A stretch of DNA of 64,000 nucleotides from an uncultured Holophagales bacterium (GTDB taxonomy: Bacteria; Acidobacteriota; Thermoanaerobaculia; Multivoradales; UBA5704), in NCBI GenBank assembly GCA_963842525.1, contig CAWJGT010000003.1, positions 896,001-960,000 of the forward strand. Direction: 5' to 3'. The notes below the pieces were generated by a model. That model was not told the DNA's origin. It did no database searches and saw only the letters and a program-made list of their open reading frames with translations. The translations under genes were made by a program, and so were the position numbers. The number at the start of each line of letters is the position of its first letter. Within the stretch, counting starts at the first letter, position 1. This document shows, in pieces, positions 50,057-60,049 of the stretch.

Positions 50057-50938
50057 CTACCTGCCGGCCTCAGCCTCCTGCAGATATCCCAGGCACTTGT
50101 AGATCAGCTTGGCGGTGAGGAAGTCGCTCGCCGGCTGATTGCCGATGGGGGCCAGCTCGACGATGTCCATGGCCACGACGGTTTTGGTCTGGAAGAGGTG
50201 GCGCAGCAGGCCCAGGGTCGGCGTCCAGAGGCCGCCTCCCGGCTCGGGGGTGCCGGTGGCGGGGACGAGGGACGGGTCGAAGTAGTCGACGTCGAAGGTG
50301 AGATAGACCTTCTCCGGCAGGCCGGCCAGCATCTTCGGGAACAGCTCGGCGGCGCGGTCGAGCTGGTGGCCCCAGATCACCGGCAGGCTCCGCTCGCGGA
50401 CGAGCGCGGCCTCGGGGGACGAGAGCGAGCGGATGCCCACGGCCAGGGTCGGGATGCCGGCATCGACCACCCGCTTCATGATGCTGGCGTGGCTGTAGCA
50501 GGTGCCCTCGAACTCCTCCCGCAGGTCGGCATGGGCGTCGAACTGGACGACGCCGATCCCCGGCCAGACCTCCTGAGCGGCTTTGATGGGTGCCTGGCTG
50601 AGGCTGTGCTCGCCTCCCAGGGTCACCAGGAATTTGCCGTGCTCGAGATGGAGGCGTGCTTCGGCCTGGAGCTCGGCGAGCCCTTCGCCCATGTCGAAGC
50701 TCTCGGGCAGGAACGGCGGGAGGGTGGCGATGCCCTGGGTGTAGGGCTCGCTCCCCAGCTCCTCGTCGTAGAGCTCCATGGCCTGCGAGGCGCGCAGGAT
50801 CGCCGAGGGGCCGTACGAGGTCCCCTTGCCGTACGATGTCGTGCGCTCGAAGGGGACGGGCAGGACGGCGACGCGGGCCGTCTCGTAGTCGCTCGCCTCC
50901 GGCTCCAGCAGGCCGAAGTTGGTGGGCAGGAAGGGCAT
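50057..50938 (-). CDS. speB: Agmatinase
   Basis: GGEHS, DAHAD, DVDYFDP, GTPEPGG ureohydrolase motifs. Confidence 0.9.
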   Translation of the reverse strand: MPFLPTNFGLLEPEASDYETARVAVLPVPFERTTSYGKGTSYGPSAILRASQAMELYDEELGSEPYTQGIATLPPFLPESFDMGEGLAELQAEARLHLEHGKFLVTLGGEHSLSQAPIKAAQEVWPGIGVVQFDAHADLREEFEGTCYSHASIMKRVVDAGIPTLAVGIRSLSSPEAALVRERSLPVIWGHQLDRAAELFPKMLAGLPEKVYLTFDVDYFDPSLVPATGTPEPGGGLWTPTLGLLRHLFQTKTVVAMDIVELAPIGNQPASDFLTAKLIYKCLGYLQEAEAGR

Positions 50939-51086
50939 GGCCCGCGTTTCTAGCAGGCCGTCCCGCAGGTGTCAAACCTCCTTCCGCCCCCCTGCCGAAA
51001 AAACTTTGGCGAGTTATGCAAGATCGGCGGCCCGTTTTCCGTCTTTATAGGGGTGAGGCCCACTCTCGGGCCGAAGGAGGAGCGCG

Positions 51087-51845
51087 ATGGAGCTTCAGTT
51101 GTCCGACGAGATCCGCGACCGCATCCGCACGGCCCGGCGGGCCTTGGTCTTTTCCGGAGCGGGCGTATCGCGGGAGAGTGGGCTCGACACCTTCCGCGGA
51201 GCCGGCGGGCTCTGGGAGCGGATGCGGCCCGAAGAGCTGGCCACCCCCGAGGCGTTCCGGGCCGATCCGGGCAAGGTCTGGCGCTGGTATGCATGGCGCT
51301 GGCAGACCGCCGCCGCGGCCCGGCCGAACCCCGCCCACCTCGCCCTGGTGCGCTGGGAGTCCCTCTTCCCGTCCTTCCTCCTGGCGACCCAGAACGTCGA
51401 CGGCCTGCACACCCGGGCCGGGAGCCGCAACCTCCTGGAGCTGCACGGGACCCTGCTCCAGGCGAAATGCAACCGCTGCGGCAAGCGGCGGGACATGGGC
51501 GAGGCGATCGCCGAGTCGCCGGACGAGCCTCCGCTCTGCGCGTGCGGCGGCCCGTTCCGCCCGGCCGTCGTCTGGTTCGGCGAGATGCTCGATCCCTCCG
51601 TGCTCGGGCGGGCCCAGGAGGAGGCGGCGAGCTGCGATCTCCTGCTGTCCGTCGGGACCTCGTCGACCGTCTATCCCGCGGCTGGTCTGATCGACCTGGC
51701 GCGGGGAGCCGGCGCCTGTGTGATCGAGGTCAACCCCGAGCCCACCCCGTACTCGCGGCGGATCGACCTGCAGATCGCGGCCCCAGCGGGCGAGGCCGTG
51801 CCACGGCTCACCGAGGAGATCGAGCGATGCCGGTCACTTGGATGA
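51087..51845 (+). CDS. cobB: NAD-dependent protein deacylase (sirtuin)
   Basis: GAGVSRESG..TFRG, TQNVDGLH, HG, Zn CxxC, VVWFGE. Confidence 0.92.
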   Translation: MELQLSDEIRDRIRTARRALVFSGAGVSRESGLDTFRGAGGLWERMRPEELATPEAFRADPGKVWRWYAWRWQTAAAARPNPAHLALVRWESLFPSFLLATQNVDGLHTRAGSRNLLELHGTLLQAKCNRCGKRRDMGEAIAESPDEPPLCACGGPFRPAVVWFGEMLDPSVLGRAQEEAASCDLLLSVGTSSTVYPAAGLIDLARGAGACVIEVNPEPTPYSRRIDLQIAAPAGEAVPRLTEEIERCRSLG

Positions 51846-52519
51846 TCCGCGAGCTGCCCAAAGGAGAACGGCCGCGCGAGCGGCTGCTGAAGCAGGGGAG
51901 CGGCTCGCTGGCGGACACCGAGCTGCTCGCGGTGCTCCTGCGCACGGGCCGGGTCGGCGCCTCTTCCCTGCAGATGGCCATGGAGCTCCTGCACGAGAAC
52001 GGCGGCAACCTCGCAGGCTTGCTGGCGGCCACGCCGCAGTCGCTCAAGCGGCCGGGCCTGGGGCCGGCCAAGGCCGCGGCGCTCCTGGCGGCCCTGGAGA
52101 TCGCCCGCCGCCTGGCCCGCGACGAGATGATGCAGGACCGCGAGCCCTTGCGCCGGCCGTCCGAGATGGTCCGCTACCTGAACATGCGGTACCAGTCCCG
52201 GGACCAGGAGATCCTGGGAGCCCTCTTCCTGGACATCCGCCAGCGCCTCCTCGGCGAGCAGGAGATCTACCGTGGCACCCTCGATCAGTCAGCCGTCGAG
52301 CCCCGGGAGGTCCTCAAGGAGTGCCTGCTGCGGGGCGCGGCCGGCGTCGTCATCTTCCATACCCACCCGAGCGGCGACCCGTCTCCCAGCCAGGAGGACC
52401 TGGACTTCACCCGGCACATGGCCGCCGCGGCCGACGTGATCGGCATCCGGCTCGTCGACCACCTGATCCTCGGCCGGCCGGGCCGCTGGGTTTCCTTGCA
52501 GGACAGAGCGCCGTGGTAG
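51827..52519 (+). CDS. radC: RadC (JAB domain) protein
   Basis: ERPRERL, ELLAVLLRTG, HTHPSGDPSPSQED, DHLI. Confidence 0.92.
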   Translation: MPVTWMIRELPKGERPRERLLKQGSGSLADTELLAVLLRTGRVGASSLQMAMELLHENGGNLAGLLAATPQSLKRPGLGPAKAAALLAALEIARRLARDEMMQDREPLRRPSEMVRYLNMRYQSRDQEILGALFLDIRQRLLGEQEIYRGTLDQSAVEPREVLKECLLRGAAGVVIFHTHPSGDPSPSQEDLDFTRHMAAAADVIGIRLVDHLILGRPGRWVSLQDRAPW

Positions 52520-52533
52520 CCTTCCGGCCCATC

Positions 52534-53823
52534 ATGAGCCCGTTGCACTACCACCTCGATTGCGCCAGCGGCATCGCCGGAGACATGTTCCTCGGAGCCT
52601 GTCTGGACCTCGGCATGCCGCTCGACGTGCTGGCCGAAACTGTCGCCCGGCTCGGCCTTCTCGGCGTGTCGGTCGAGAGCCGGAAGGCCTTGCGCGGAGG
52701 GCTCACCGGGACCCGCTTCCGCGTCCTGGTCGACGGCCGGCCGCTCGAAGGGCCGGACCCGGAGGAGGCGGGGCATTCTCATTCCCATGACCACGAGCAT
52801 CCCCACACCCACGAGCACAGCGGCGGGTACCATCACCATGATCATCACCACCATGACCATGGCCACGGGCGGGACCTCGAATCGATCAGCCGGTTGATCG
52901 GGGAGAGCGGTCTCTCGGCTCCGGTCAAGGAGCGCGCCCTCCGTCTCTTCTGGCGTCTGGGCGAGGCGGAGGCCAAGGCCCACGGCGTGCCGATCGAGCG
53001 GGTCCATTTCCACGAGGTAGGCGCGGTGGACTCGATCGTGGACCTCGTCGGTGCGGCGGCGGCCGTCGAGCTGCTCGCCCCCGAGCGCCTGACCTGCAGT
53101 CCGGTCAACGTCGGCAGCGGGCGGGTGAAGACGGCGCACGGGGAGCTGCCGGTGCCGGCGCCGGCGACCGCGGAGCTGCTCCGCGGTGTCCCCATCTACG
53201 GCGGTCCGGGCGGCGAGCTGACCACTCCGACCGGAGCGGTCCTCCTGGCCGAGCTGGTCGACGAGTACACCGAGCTACCCGCCCTCGTGCTGGAAGGGGC
53301 AGGGTACGGCCTCGGCCGCAAGGATCTCGCCCACCAGCCGAACGCCGTGCGACTCCTGCGTGGCCGCGGCGCCGAGGTTGCGCCGCAGGTCGCGGTGATC
53401 GAATGTGAGGTCGATGACCTGCCGGCCGAGGGGTTCGGGTTCCTGATGGAGCGCCTGCTCGACGCCGGGGCTCTCGACGTCTTCTTCACCCCCGTCCAGA
53501 TGAAGAAGAACCGTCCCGGCATCCTGATCACCGTCCTCTGCCGTCGCCCGCAGCTCGACGAGCTGGCCGGGACCCTGCTCATGGAATCCGGCTCGCTCGG
53601 CTGCCGTTATACCTTGGCGAACCGCTTCGAGGCGGAGCGCGAGACGGCCCAGGTCGAGACCGCGTTCGGTCCGGTGCGGATCAAGCGGGCCCGCTTCCAG
53701 GGCCGCCCTCTGGCCGCCGCACCCGAATTCGAGGACTGCAGGCGGCTCGCCCTCGCCGCCGGAGTTCCCTGGCGGGAGGTCTACCGCGCAGCCCTGACAT
53801 CCGCGGCGGCGCTCGACCGGTAG
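52534..53823 (+). CDS. larC: Nickel pincer cofactor biosynthesis protein LarC
   Basis: SGIAGDM, His-rich insert, HFHEVGAVDSI, ELTTPTG, MKKNRPG, PEFED. Confidence 0.92.
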   Translation: MSPLHYHLDCASGIAGDMFLGACLDLGMPLDVLAETVARLGLLGVSVESRKALRGGLTGTRFRVLVDGRPLEGPDPEEAGHSHSHDHEHPHTHEHSGGYHHHDHHHHDHGHGRDLESISRLIGESGLSAPVKERALRLFWRLGEAEAKAHGVPIERVHFHEVGAVDSIVDLVGAAAAVELLAPERLTCSPVNVGSGRVKTAHGELPVPAPATAELLRGVPIYGGPGGELTTPTGAVLLAELVDEYTELPALVLEGAGYGLGRKDLAHQPNAVRLLRGRGAEVAPQVAVIECEVDDLPAEGFGFLMERLLDAGALDVFFTPVQMKKNRPGILITVLCRRPQLDELAGTLLMESGSLGCRYTLANRFEAERETAQVETAFGPVRIKRARFQGRPLAAAPEFEDCRRLALAAGVPWREVYRAALTSAAALDR

Positions 53824-53841
53824 CGCCGGTCCCGAAAAGAC

Positions 53842-54744
53842 ATGATGGCAGTGACAGAAGTCGACAAGGCCGCCGAGCCGGCGAGCCGGCTCGAGCTGGG
53901 CCTGGCCGGCGGCGGCTATCTCCGCTGGGCAGTGGCCGATCTCACGGATGTAGTTCAGGAGGCGCGCGACCGGCACGATATGGGGCCGGTCGCCACGGCG
54001 GCGCTCGGCCGCTGCATGGCGGGTGCGGCGCTGCTGCTGCGCCTCGCCGCCAAGGCCCCGACCCGCCTCTCGATCGAGGTGCGCGGCGACGGCCCCATCC
54101 TCCGCGTCCTGGCAGAGGCCGACCAGGAAGGCAACCTGCGCGGGCTGGTCGGGCATCCCCAGGTGGACGTCCCCCACTGGTCGAGCCACAAGCTGGCCGT
54201 CGGCCGTGCAGTGGGAAACGGCCACCTCTGGGTGCGCCGCGAATTCGCGCGAGGCGGCGGCTACCAGAGCCAGGTCGAGCTGGTCAACGGCGAGATCGGG
54301 GAGGACCTGGCCCACTATCTCCAGCAGAGCGAGCAGACGAGCTCGGCCGTGCTCCTGGGCGTCCTCGGCAAGCCGAGCGGCGTGGCCGCGGCGGGCGGCA
54401 TGATCGTCGAGGTCCTGCCCGGCGCCCCGGAGACGGCGATCGACCAGCTCGAGCAGAACATCTTCCGCATCCGGGGGATCAGCGAGCTGCTCGAAGCCGG
54501 CGGCCTCCCCCATGTCAAAGAGATGGTCCTCTCCGGCATGGACCACGAGGTCAAGGAGGTCAGCCCGCTCCGCTACCGGTGCCGCTGCAGCCGCGAGCGC
54601 CTGCTCCAGCACCTCGTGCTCCTCCCGGCCGACGACCGCGATTACCTGCGGCGCGAGGACGGCACGATCGACGCCGACTGCGTCTTCTGCGGGACGCACT
54701 ACGTTTTCACGCCGGAAGAGTTGCTAGAATCCCCCCCTTCATGA
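53842..54744 (+). CDS. hslO: Hsp33 redox-regulated chaperone
   Basis: GEIGEDLAHYLQQSEQ, CRC...CVFC zinc motif. Confidence 0.92.
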   Translation: MMAVTEVDKAAEPASRLELGLAGGGYLRWAVADLTDVVQEARDRHDMGPVATAALGRCMAGAALLLRLAAKAPTRLSIEVRGDGPILRVLAEADQEGNLRGLVGHPQVDVPHWSSHKLAVGRAVGNGHLWVRREFARGGGYQSQVELVNGEIGEDLAHYLQQSEQTSSAVLLGVLGKPSGVAAAGGMIVEVLPGAPETAIDQLEQNIFRIRGISELLEAGGLPHVKEMVLSGMDHEVKEVSPLRYRCRCSRERLLQHLVLLPADDRDYLRREDGTIDADCVFCGTHYVFTPEELLESPPS

Positions 54745-56657
54745 GCACCTTCTATCTCACCACCCCGATCTACTACGTGAACGATCTGCCCCACATCGGG
54801 CACATCTACACGACCACCGTGGCCGACACCCTGGCGCGCTACCGGCGCATGGCCGGCGATGACGTCTATTTCCTGACCGGCACGGACGAGCACGGCCAGA
54901 ACATCGAGCGGGCGGCGCGCAAGGAGGGGGTCACCCCCATCGAGCTCGCCGACCGGGTCGTGTCCCAGTACTTCGTTCTCCGCGACCGGCTCGGGTTCTC
55001 GTACGACGACTTCGTCCGCACGACCCAGGAGCGGCACCAGCGTGGCGTGTACGAGATGATCCGCCGCCTCGAAGAGGCCGGGGACCTCTACGCGGCCACG
55101 CACGAGGGGTGGTACTGCTCCCCGTGCGAGACCTTCTATACCGAGAAGGAGCTGGGGCCGGAGAAGACCTGCCCGGTCCACGGCAGCCCGGTCGAGTGGA
55201 AGTCCGAGGAGAACGTCTTCTTCCGCCTGTCGAAATACCAGCAGCCCCTGCTCGACTGGTACGAGCAGCATCCGGAATCCGTCCGCCCGGCCAGCCGTCT
55301 CAACGAGGTGCGCTCGTTCGTCGAATCCGGGCTGCGCGATCTGTCGGTCTCGCGCGCCAACCTGGAGTGGGGCATCCCGTTTCCCGGCTACCCGGGTCAG
55401 ACCGTCTACGTCTGGCTCGACGCGCTGACCAACTACATCAGCGCCTTGGGGTTCGGCAACGAGGACGGTTCTCTCTTCCGCCGCTTCTGGGAGAACGGCA
55501 AGGTCCGCCTCCACCTCATCGGCAAGGACATCCTGCGCTTCCACGCCGTCTACTGGCCGGCCTTCCTGATGTCCGCCGGGCTGCCCCTGCCGACCACGGT
55601 CTGGGCCCACGGCTGGTGGTACCGCGACGGCCGCAAGATCTCCAAGTCCGTGGGCAACATCGTGCGGCCGGACGACCTCATCGACCGTTTCGGCAGTGAC
55701 AGCGTCCGCTATTTCCTGCTGCGCGACATGGTCTTCGGCCAGGACGCGAGCTTTTCGGACGAGGCCTTCGTCAACCGCTACAACAGCGACCTGGCGAACG
55801 ACCTAGGCAACACGGTCAGCCGGCTGGTGACGCTCTCGCGCCGCGCCTTCGACGGCAAGACGCCGCCCGAGCCCTGCACCGACAACCCGCTGGTCGAGGC
55901 CGCCCGCCGGATTGTGCCCGAATACCGGGCGGCCATGGAGGACTTCGCCTTCAGCCGGGCCCTGGAGGCGCTCTGGCGGCTGCTGGCCGAGACCAACCAG
56001 TACATCGTGACGCGCGAGCCGTGGAAGCTCATCAAGGAAGAGGGGCCGACGCAAAAGCTGTCGCGCATCCTGTGGAACGGCCTCGAAGCCGTGCGCATCG
56101 TGGCGGCCGGCCTGCTGCCCTTCATGCCGAAAGTGGCGCCGCAGGTCCTCGCCGCGATCGGCGTAACGGATGTGCCTGCGAGCCTCGCGGCGCTGGAATG
56201 GGGCGGCACGCCGAACAACGCCGAGCTGCCCGAGCCGAAGCCGCTGTTCCCGCGGATCGACAAGGAGGCCTATCTGGGCGAGAAGAAAGCGCCGGCCGCT
56301 CCGGACAAGCCCAAGAAAGAGGAGGGGAAGAGTTTGCTCTCGATCGACAAGTTTTTCGAAACCGAGCTGAAAGTGGGCACGGTGGCCGCGGCGGAAAGGG
56401 TCCCCAAGTCCGAAAAACTGATCAAGCTGTCCATCGACCTGGGGGAGGAGGGCCCGCGCACCCTGGTGGCCGGCATCGGCCTCGCCTACCAGCCGGAAGA
56501 CCTTCTCGGCAAGCAGGTCGTGGTGGTTGCCAACCTCCAGCCCGCCAAGCTGATGGGGGTCGAATCCCAGGGCATGGTGCTTGCCGCCTCGATCGACGGC
56601 AAACCGGTCCTGCTCCACCCGGGCGCCCAGGTCCCCAACGGGACGCGAGTGAAGTGA
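54741..56657 (+). CDS. metG: Methionine--tRNA ligase
   Basis: YYVNDLPHIGH, KISKS, C-terminal tRNA-binding OB domain. Confidence 0.96.
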   Translation: MSTFYLTTPIYYVNDLPHIGHIYTTTVADTLARYRRMAGDDVYFLTGTDEHGQNIERAARKEGVTPIELADRVVSQYFVLRDRLGFSYDDFVRTTQERHQRGVYEMIRRLEEAGDLYAATHEGWYCSPCETFYTEKELGPEKTCPVHGSPVEWKSEENVFFRLSKYQQPLLDWYEQHPESVRPASRLNEVRSFVESGLRDLSVSRANLEWGIPFPGYPGQTVYVWLDALTNYISALGFGNEDGSLFRRFWENGKVRLHLIGKDILRFHAVYWPAFLMSAGLPLPTTVWAHGWWYRDGRKISKSVGNIVRPDDLIDRFGSDSVRYFLLRDMVFGQDASFSDEAFVNRYNSDLANDLGNTVSRLVTLSRRAFDGKTPPEPCTDNPLVEAARRIVPEYRAAMEDFAFSRALEALWRLLAETNQYIVTREPWKLIKEEGPTQKLSRILWNGLEAVRIVAAGLLPFMPKVAPQVLAAIGVTDVPASLAALEWGGTPNNAELPEPKPLFPRIDKEAYLGEKKAPAAPDKPKKEEGKSLLSIDKFFETELKVGTVAAAERVPKSEKLIKLSIDLGEEGPRTLVAGIGLAYQPEDLLGKQVVVVANLQPAKLMGVESQGMVLAASIDGKPVLLHPGAQVPNGTRVK

Positions 56658-57514
56658 CGGGTATCGATCTTTCCGGCCCGATCGACTCCCACTGCCATCT
56701 CCAGAGCCTGCCGCCCGACGAACGCGAGCGGGCCCTCGACCAGGCGCGGGAGCGCGGGGTCCAGGGCTTCCTCGTCCCGGCCATCAAGCTCGCCGAGGCC
56801 GAAGACATCCTCGCCTTCTGCCACCGCCATCCGGACGTCTGGTGCGCCCTGGGAGTCCATCCCCACGACGCCTCCAGTTGGCAGGAGGGTGACCGGGAAA
56901 GGCTGCGCGCCCTCCTCGCCGATCCCAAAGCCGTGGCGGTGGGGGAGTGTGGCCTCGACTTCTTTTACGACCACTCGCCAAGGGACGTCCAGTTCCATGC
57001 TCTCCGCGAGCAGTGGGAGCTCGCGATCGACCTCGGCCTCCCGGTCGTGGTCCACAACCGGGACAGCAATGACGAGATGTTAGGGGTCGTCCGCGAAGAC
57101 GCCTTCCAAGACCTCCAGGCCGACTTCCATTCCTTCGCCGGCGGCCTCGACATGGCAAAAGAGCTGATCGCCCGGGGCTTCTATCTGGGCCTCTCTGGCA
57201 TGATCACCTTCCCCAAGGCCGATAACGTCCGCGAGGTGATCCCCATCCTGCCGCCTGACCGCTGCCTGGTCGAGACGGACACCCCCTATCTGGCCCCAGT
57301 GCCCTACCGGGGCAAACCCAACCGCCCCGCCTATGTCGTCGAAATCGCCGCCCGCCTCGCCCAGGAGACCGGCGAGACCCCCGAGCAGGTGGCGCGGCGG
57401 ACGGGGGAGAATTTCTTCCGGCTGTTCGCGAAGGCGGCATATCTTCCATCCACACCTCACCTTATAATCCAGGGAGGGCGGACCTTGGCGAACTCGAAAG
57501 GAGGAAAGACATGA
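56654..57514 (+). CDS. tatD: TatD-family DNase
   Basis: IDSHCHL, GVHPH, GECGLD, VHNR, ETDTPYL. GTG overlaps the metG stop. Confidence 0.92.
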   Translation: MTGIDLSGPIDSHCHLQSLPPDERERALDQARERGVQGFLVPAIKLAEAEDILAFCHRHPDVWCALGVHPHDASSWQEGDRERLRALLADPKAVAVGECGLDFFYDHSPRDVQFHALREQWELAIDLGLPVVVHNRDSNDEMLGVVREDAFQDLQADFHSFAGGLDMAKELIARGFYLGLSGMITFPKADNVREVIPILPPDRCLVETDTPYLAPVPYRGKPNRPAYVVEIAARLAQETGETPEQVARRTGENFFRLFAKAAYLPSTPHLIIQGGRTLANSKGGKT

Positions 57515-57702
57515 GACACCATTTGGGACGACTCAGTCTGGTGCTGTTGGCCCTGGCGTTGACGGCGATCTGTTCACTGTCCCCGGCATCGGCAAGCGTC
57601 AACTGCTCTCAGTTCAATAAGCCGGGCTGTTACTACACCTGGGATGCTGCAGCGGGTTGTTGCCGTCCCAATTTCGGCACCTGTGTCTGGTACTGCTTCT
57701 GA
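57511..57702 (+). CDS. Secreted cysteine-rich peptide (63 aa precursor)
   Basis: RBS AAAGGAGG, signal peptide ending ASA, mature SVNCSQFNKPGCYYTWDAAAGCCRPNFGTCVWYCF. Confidence 0.75.
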   Translation: MRHHLGRLSLVLLALALTAICSLSPASASVNCSQFNKPGCYYTWDAAAGCCRPNFGTCVWYCF

Positions 57703-57890
57703 GTGCAGGGACGCGTAGCCGGGCCTGTCACGGATGAGCTTCGCGCCGATGACGTTCTCTTCACCGGATGCTGTTATCTGGCGTGGATAAGCGTATCTGT
57801 GGCAGATAGTGTTCGACAGGCGAGTTGGTGGAGATCGAAGCCGTGTAGTCCCCGTTCAAAGCAGCCGCCGGAGCAGGTAGCGGGCAGCCC

Positions 57891-58655
57891 CTACACCGGG
57901 TTCGGCACGTCGATGAACTCCGCCTCGATCCTGAACTTCTCGGCGAGGTGCTCGCCCAGGGCCCGGATGCCCAGCCTTTCGGTCGCGTAGTGGCCGCAGG
58001 CGAGGTAGTGGATCTTCGCCTCGCGGGCCACGTTCATCACCCATTCGCTCACCTCGCCGGTGATGTAGGCGTCGAGGCTTTCGGCGATGGCGCCGTAGAG
58101 CTCTCGCTGCGCGCCGCCGCTGATGATGCCGAGGGTGCGGACGGGGTCTGGGCCTTCCAGGAAGGTCATCGGCTCCTGGCTGTAGACGCGGCGGCAGCGG
58201 GCGATCAGCTCGGCGACCGCGATGCGCTCGGGGAAACGGCCCTTGAAGCCGATCGGCATCCCTTCGTGCAGGCCGAACGCCTCCAGGTCGACCAGGCCCA
58301 GGTCCCGGCAGGCGATGGCGTTGTTGCCGAGCTCGGGGTGGCGGTCGAGAGGGAGGTGGTAGGCCAGGAGGTTGATGCCGGCCTTGATCAGCTCGGCCAG
58401 CCGGCGGTACTGGAAGCCGGTCACGACGCGCGGCATCCCCTCCCAGAAAAGGCCGTGGTGGACCAGGACGGCGTCGCCTCCGGCCTCGCGGGCGCGGACG
58501 AAGAGCTCGTGGCAGGCCGAGACGCCGGTCACCACTTTCCGGATCTCCTGCCGGCCTTCGACCTGGAGGCCGTTCGGGCCGTAGTCGCGGCCGTGGGCCG
58601 TGTCCAGGAGCTGATCGAGATAGGTGACGAGGGTCTGGCGATCGACGGTGGGCAT
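57891..58655 (-). CDS. Nif3-like dinuclear metal centre protein (YbgI family)
   Basis: [32 protein letters not shown]. Confidence 0.92.
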   Translation of the reverse strand: MPTVDRQTLVTYLDQLLDTAHGRDYGPNGLQVEGRQEIRKVVTGVSACHELFVRAREAGGDAVLVHHGLFWEGMPRVVTGFQYRRLAELIKAGINLLAYHLPLDRHPELGNNAIACRDLGLVDLEAFGLHEGMPIGFKGRFPERIAVAELIARCRRVYSQEPMTFLEGPDPVRTLGIISGGAQRELYGAIAESLDAYITGEVSEWVMNVAREAKIHYLACGHYATERLGIRALGEHLAEKFRIEAEFIDVPNPV

Positions 58656-58808
58656 GGCGCCGAGTCTACCAGCGAAGCGGAACACGCTGAAGGATGCGGC
58701 GAGCCTGTGCCGGTGGGCTCCCAGAGGAGAGGGCTCAGCTTGCATATCGAGGAGCTCTCTTGGTATGTACCAGACGGGTCCATTTTCATGTTATATGTTT
58801 GTGTTTGT

Positions 58809-59012
58809 ATGAGACGCACATCCGTAGAGATCGACGAAGAGCGGCTCGCCCGGGCCCAACGGGCGCTGGGCACGACAGGCATCAAGGACACCATCGACCG
58901 GGCATTGGACGAGGCCCACAGGGCCGAGTTGCGTCGCCGCCTCGCCGAACGCATCCGATCCGGCGAGGGAATCGACCGCGGCGAGGAGCTGCTCAAGGCA
59001 AGCCGCCGGTAA
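58809..59012 (+). CDS. VapB-type antitoxin, orphan
   Basis: [33 protein letters not shown], a ribbon-helix-helix-type N-terminus. Confidence 0.8.
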   Translation: MRRTSVEIDEERLARAQRALGTTGIKDTIDRALDEAHRAELRRRLAERIRSGEGIDRGEELLKASRR

Positions 59013-59052
59013 GGGGCAACGGAGCCGGCGGGAGCCTCCGTAGACTCTCTAC

Positions 59053-60049
59053 ATGCACGCGACAATCCTCACCCTCCTGACCCTCCTCCCGGTCCAGGCA
59101 CCTCCCCCGAAACCCCCGGAGCCGGCGAGCCTGATCGAGATCCATGTCAATCCGCTGGTAGACCTCCACTACTGGGTCCGCAGGCTGGCGGCCGAAAGCG
59201 GCGAGCTGCCGGCGATCGACGGTCTGCCTGCCGCGGTGGCGGCCGTGCGACGGGTGGGCACCGATATCGGCGGCCCGATGGCCTGGGGTGTGATCGATGG
59301 CGGCCTGGTCGAAGCCGGGAGCGTGGACGAGCTCGCCCGCCTCGCCGCCGCTCTCCCCGAGACGTTCCAGACGAGGGGCGGGCGCGAGGTCCGGCTCCGG
59401 GAGGCGGTGGCGCGCCTTGCCGAGGCATACCGCCCTCTGGAGAAGCTTTTTCTTGAAAAGATCTGGCCTGTGCACCGGAAAGCCTCCGAAGAGGTGGCGG
59501 CCGGGCTGCGCCGCGACGTCCTGCCGAAGGCGCCGGAGGTCTTCGCCGACCTGAGCCGCCACCTGGAGGTTCCGGTCCCGAGCCGGCCGGTCCCTGTCTA
59601 CCTCGTGGGGGCCGCTCCCTTTCCGCGAGCGTTCACCCACAGGTCGCAGAGCGGCGGGGTCTGCATCGTGGCTCTGGCGGGGATGCCGGCGTCCGAGGCC
59701 CGGGAGACGATGGTCCACGAGCCGATCCATGCGCTGGACCTGGCTGGAGGGGAGGGGGACGTGCTCTCCAAATTGGACTCCCGGCTGCAGGGCTGTTCCC
59801 GGCGCGTCTCCCCAGGAGGTCCATGACTTCGTCCACACCCTGATGTTCGTGCAGGCGGCGGGGACGGTGCGGAAGGTCCTGGACCCGGGCCACAAGGACT
59901 ACGGTGACACCGCGGGCTACTATCCCAAGGTGCCCCGCGCTACTGCCGTGGTGCGCCCCGCCTGGGAGGCCTACCTCCGCGGCGAAATCTCCCGGGACGC
60001 CGCCCTGGAGCGGATCGCCGCGGGGTTCGCCCAGGCTACAATTCCATGA
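59053..60049 (+). CDS. Secreted HEXXH hypothetical protein (frameshift near 59790)
   Basis: Signal-like N-terminus and VHEPIH. Continues as VHDFVHTLMFVQAAG...WEAYLRGE in the frame of 59729..60049. Confidence 0.6.

Noticed and set aside
51087-52519. Sir2 defence effector or mobile-element RadC
   Set aside because: Both look like canonical CobB and full-length chromosomal RadC inside a housekeeping operon.
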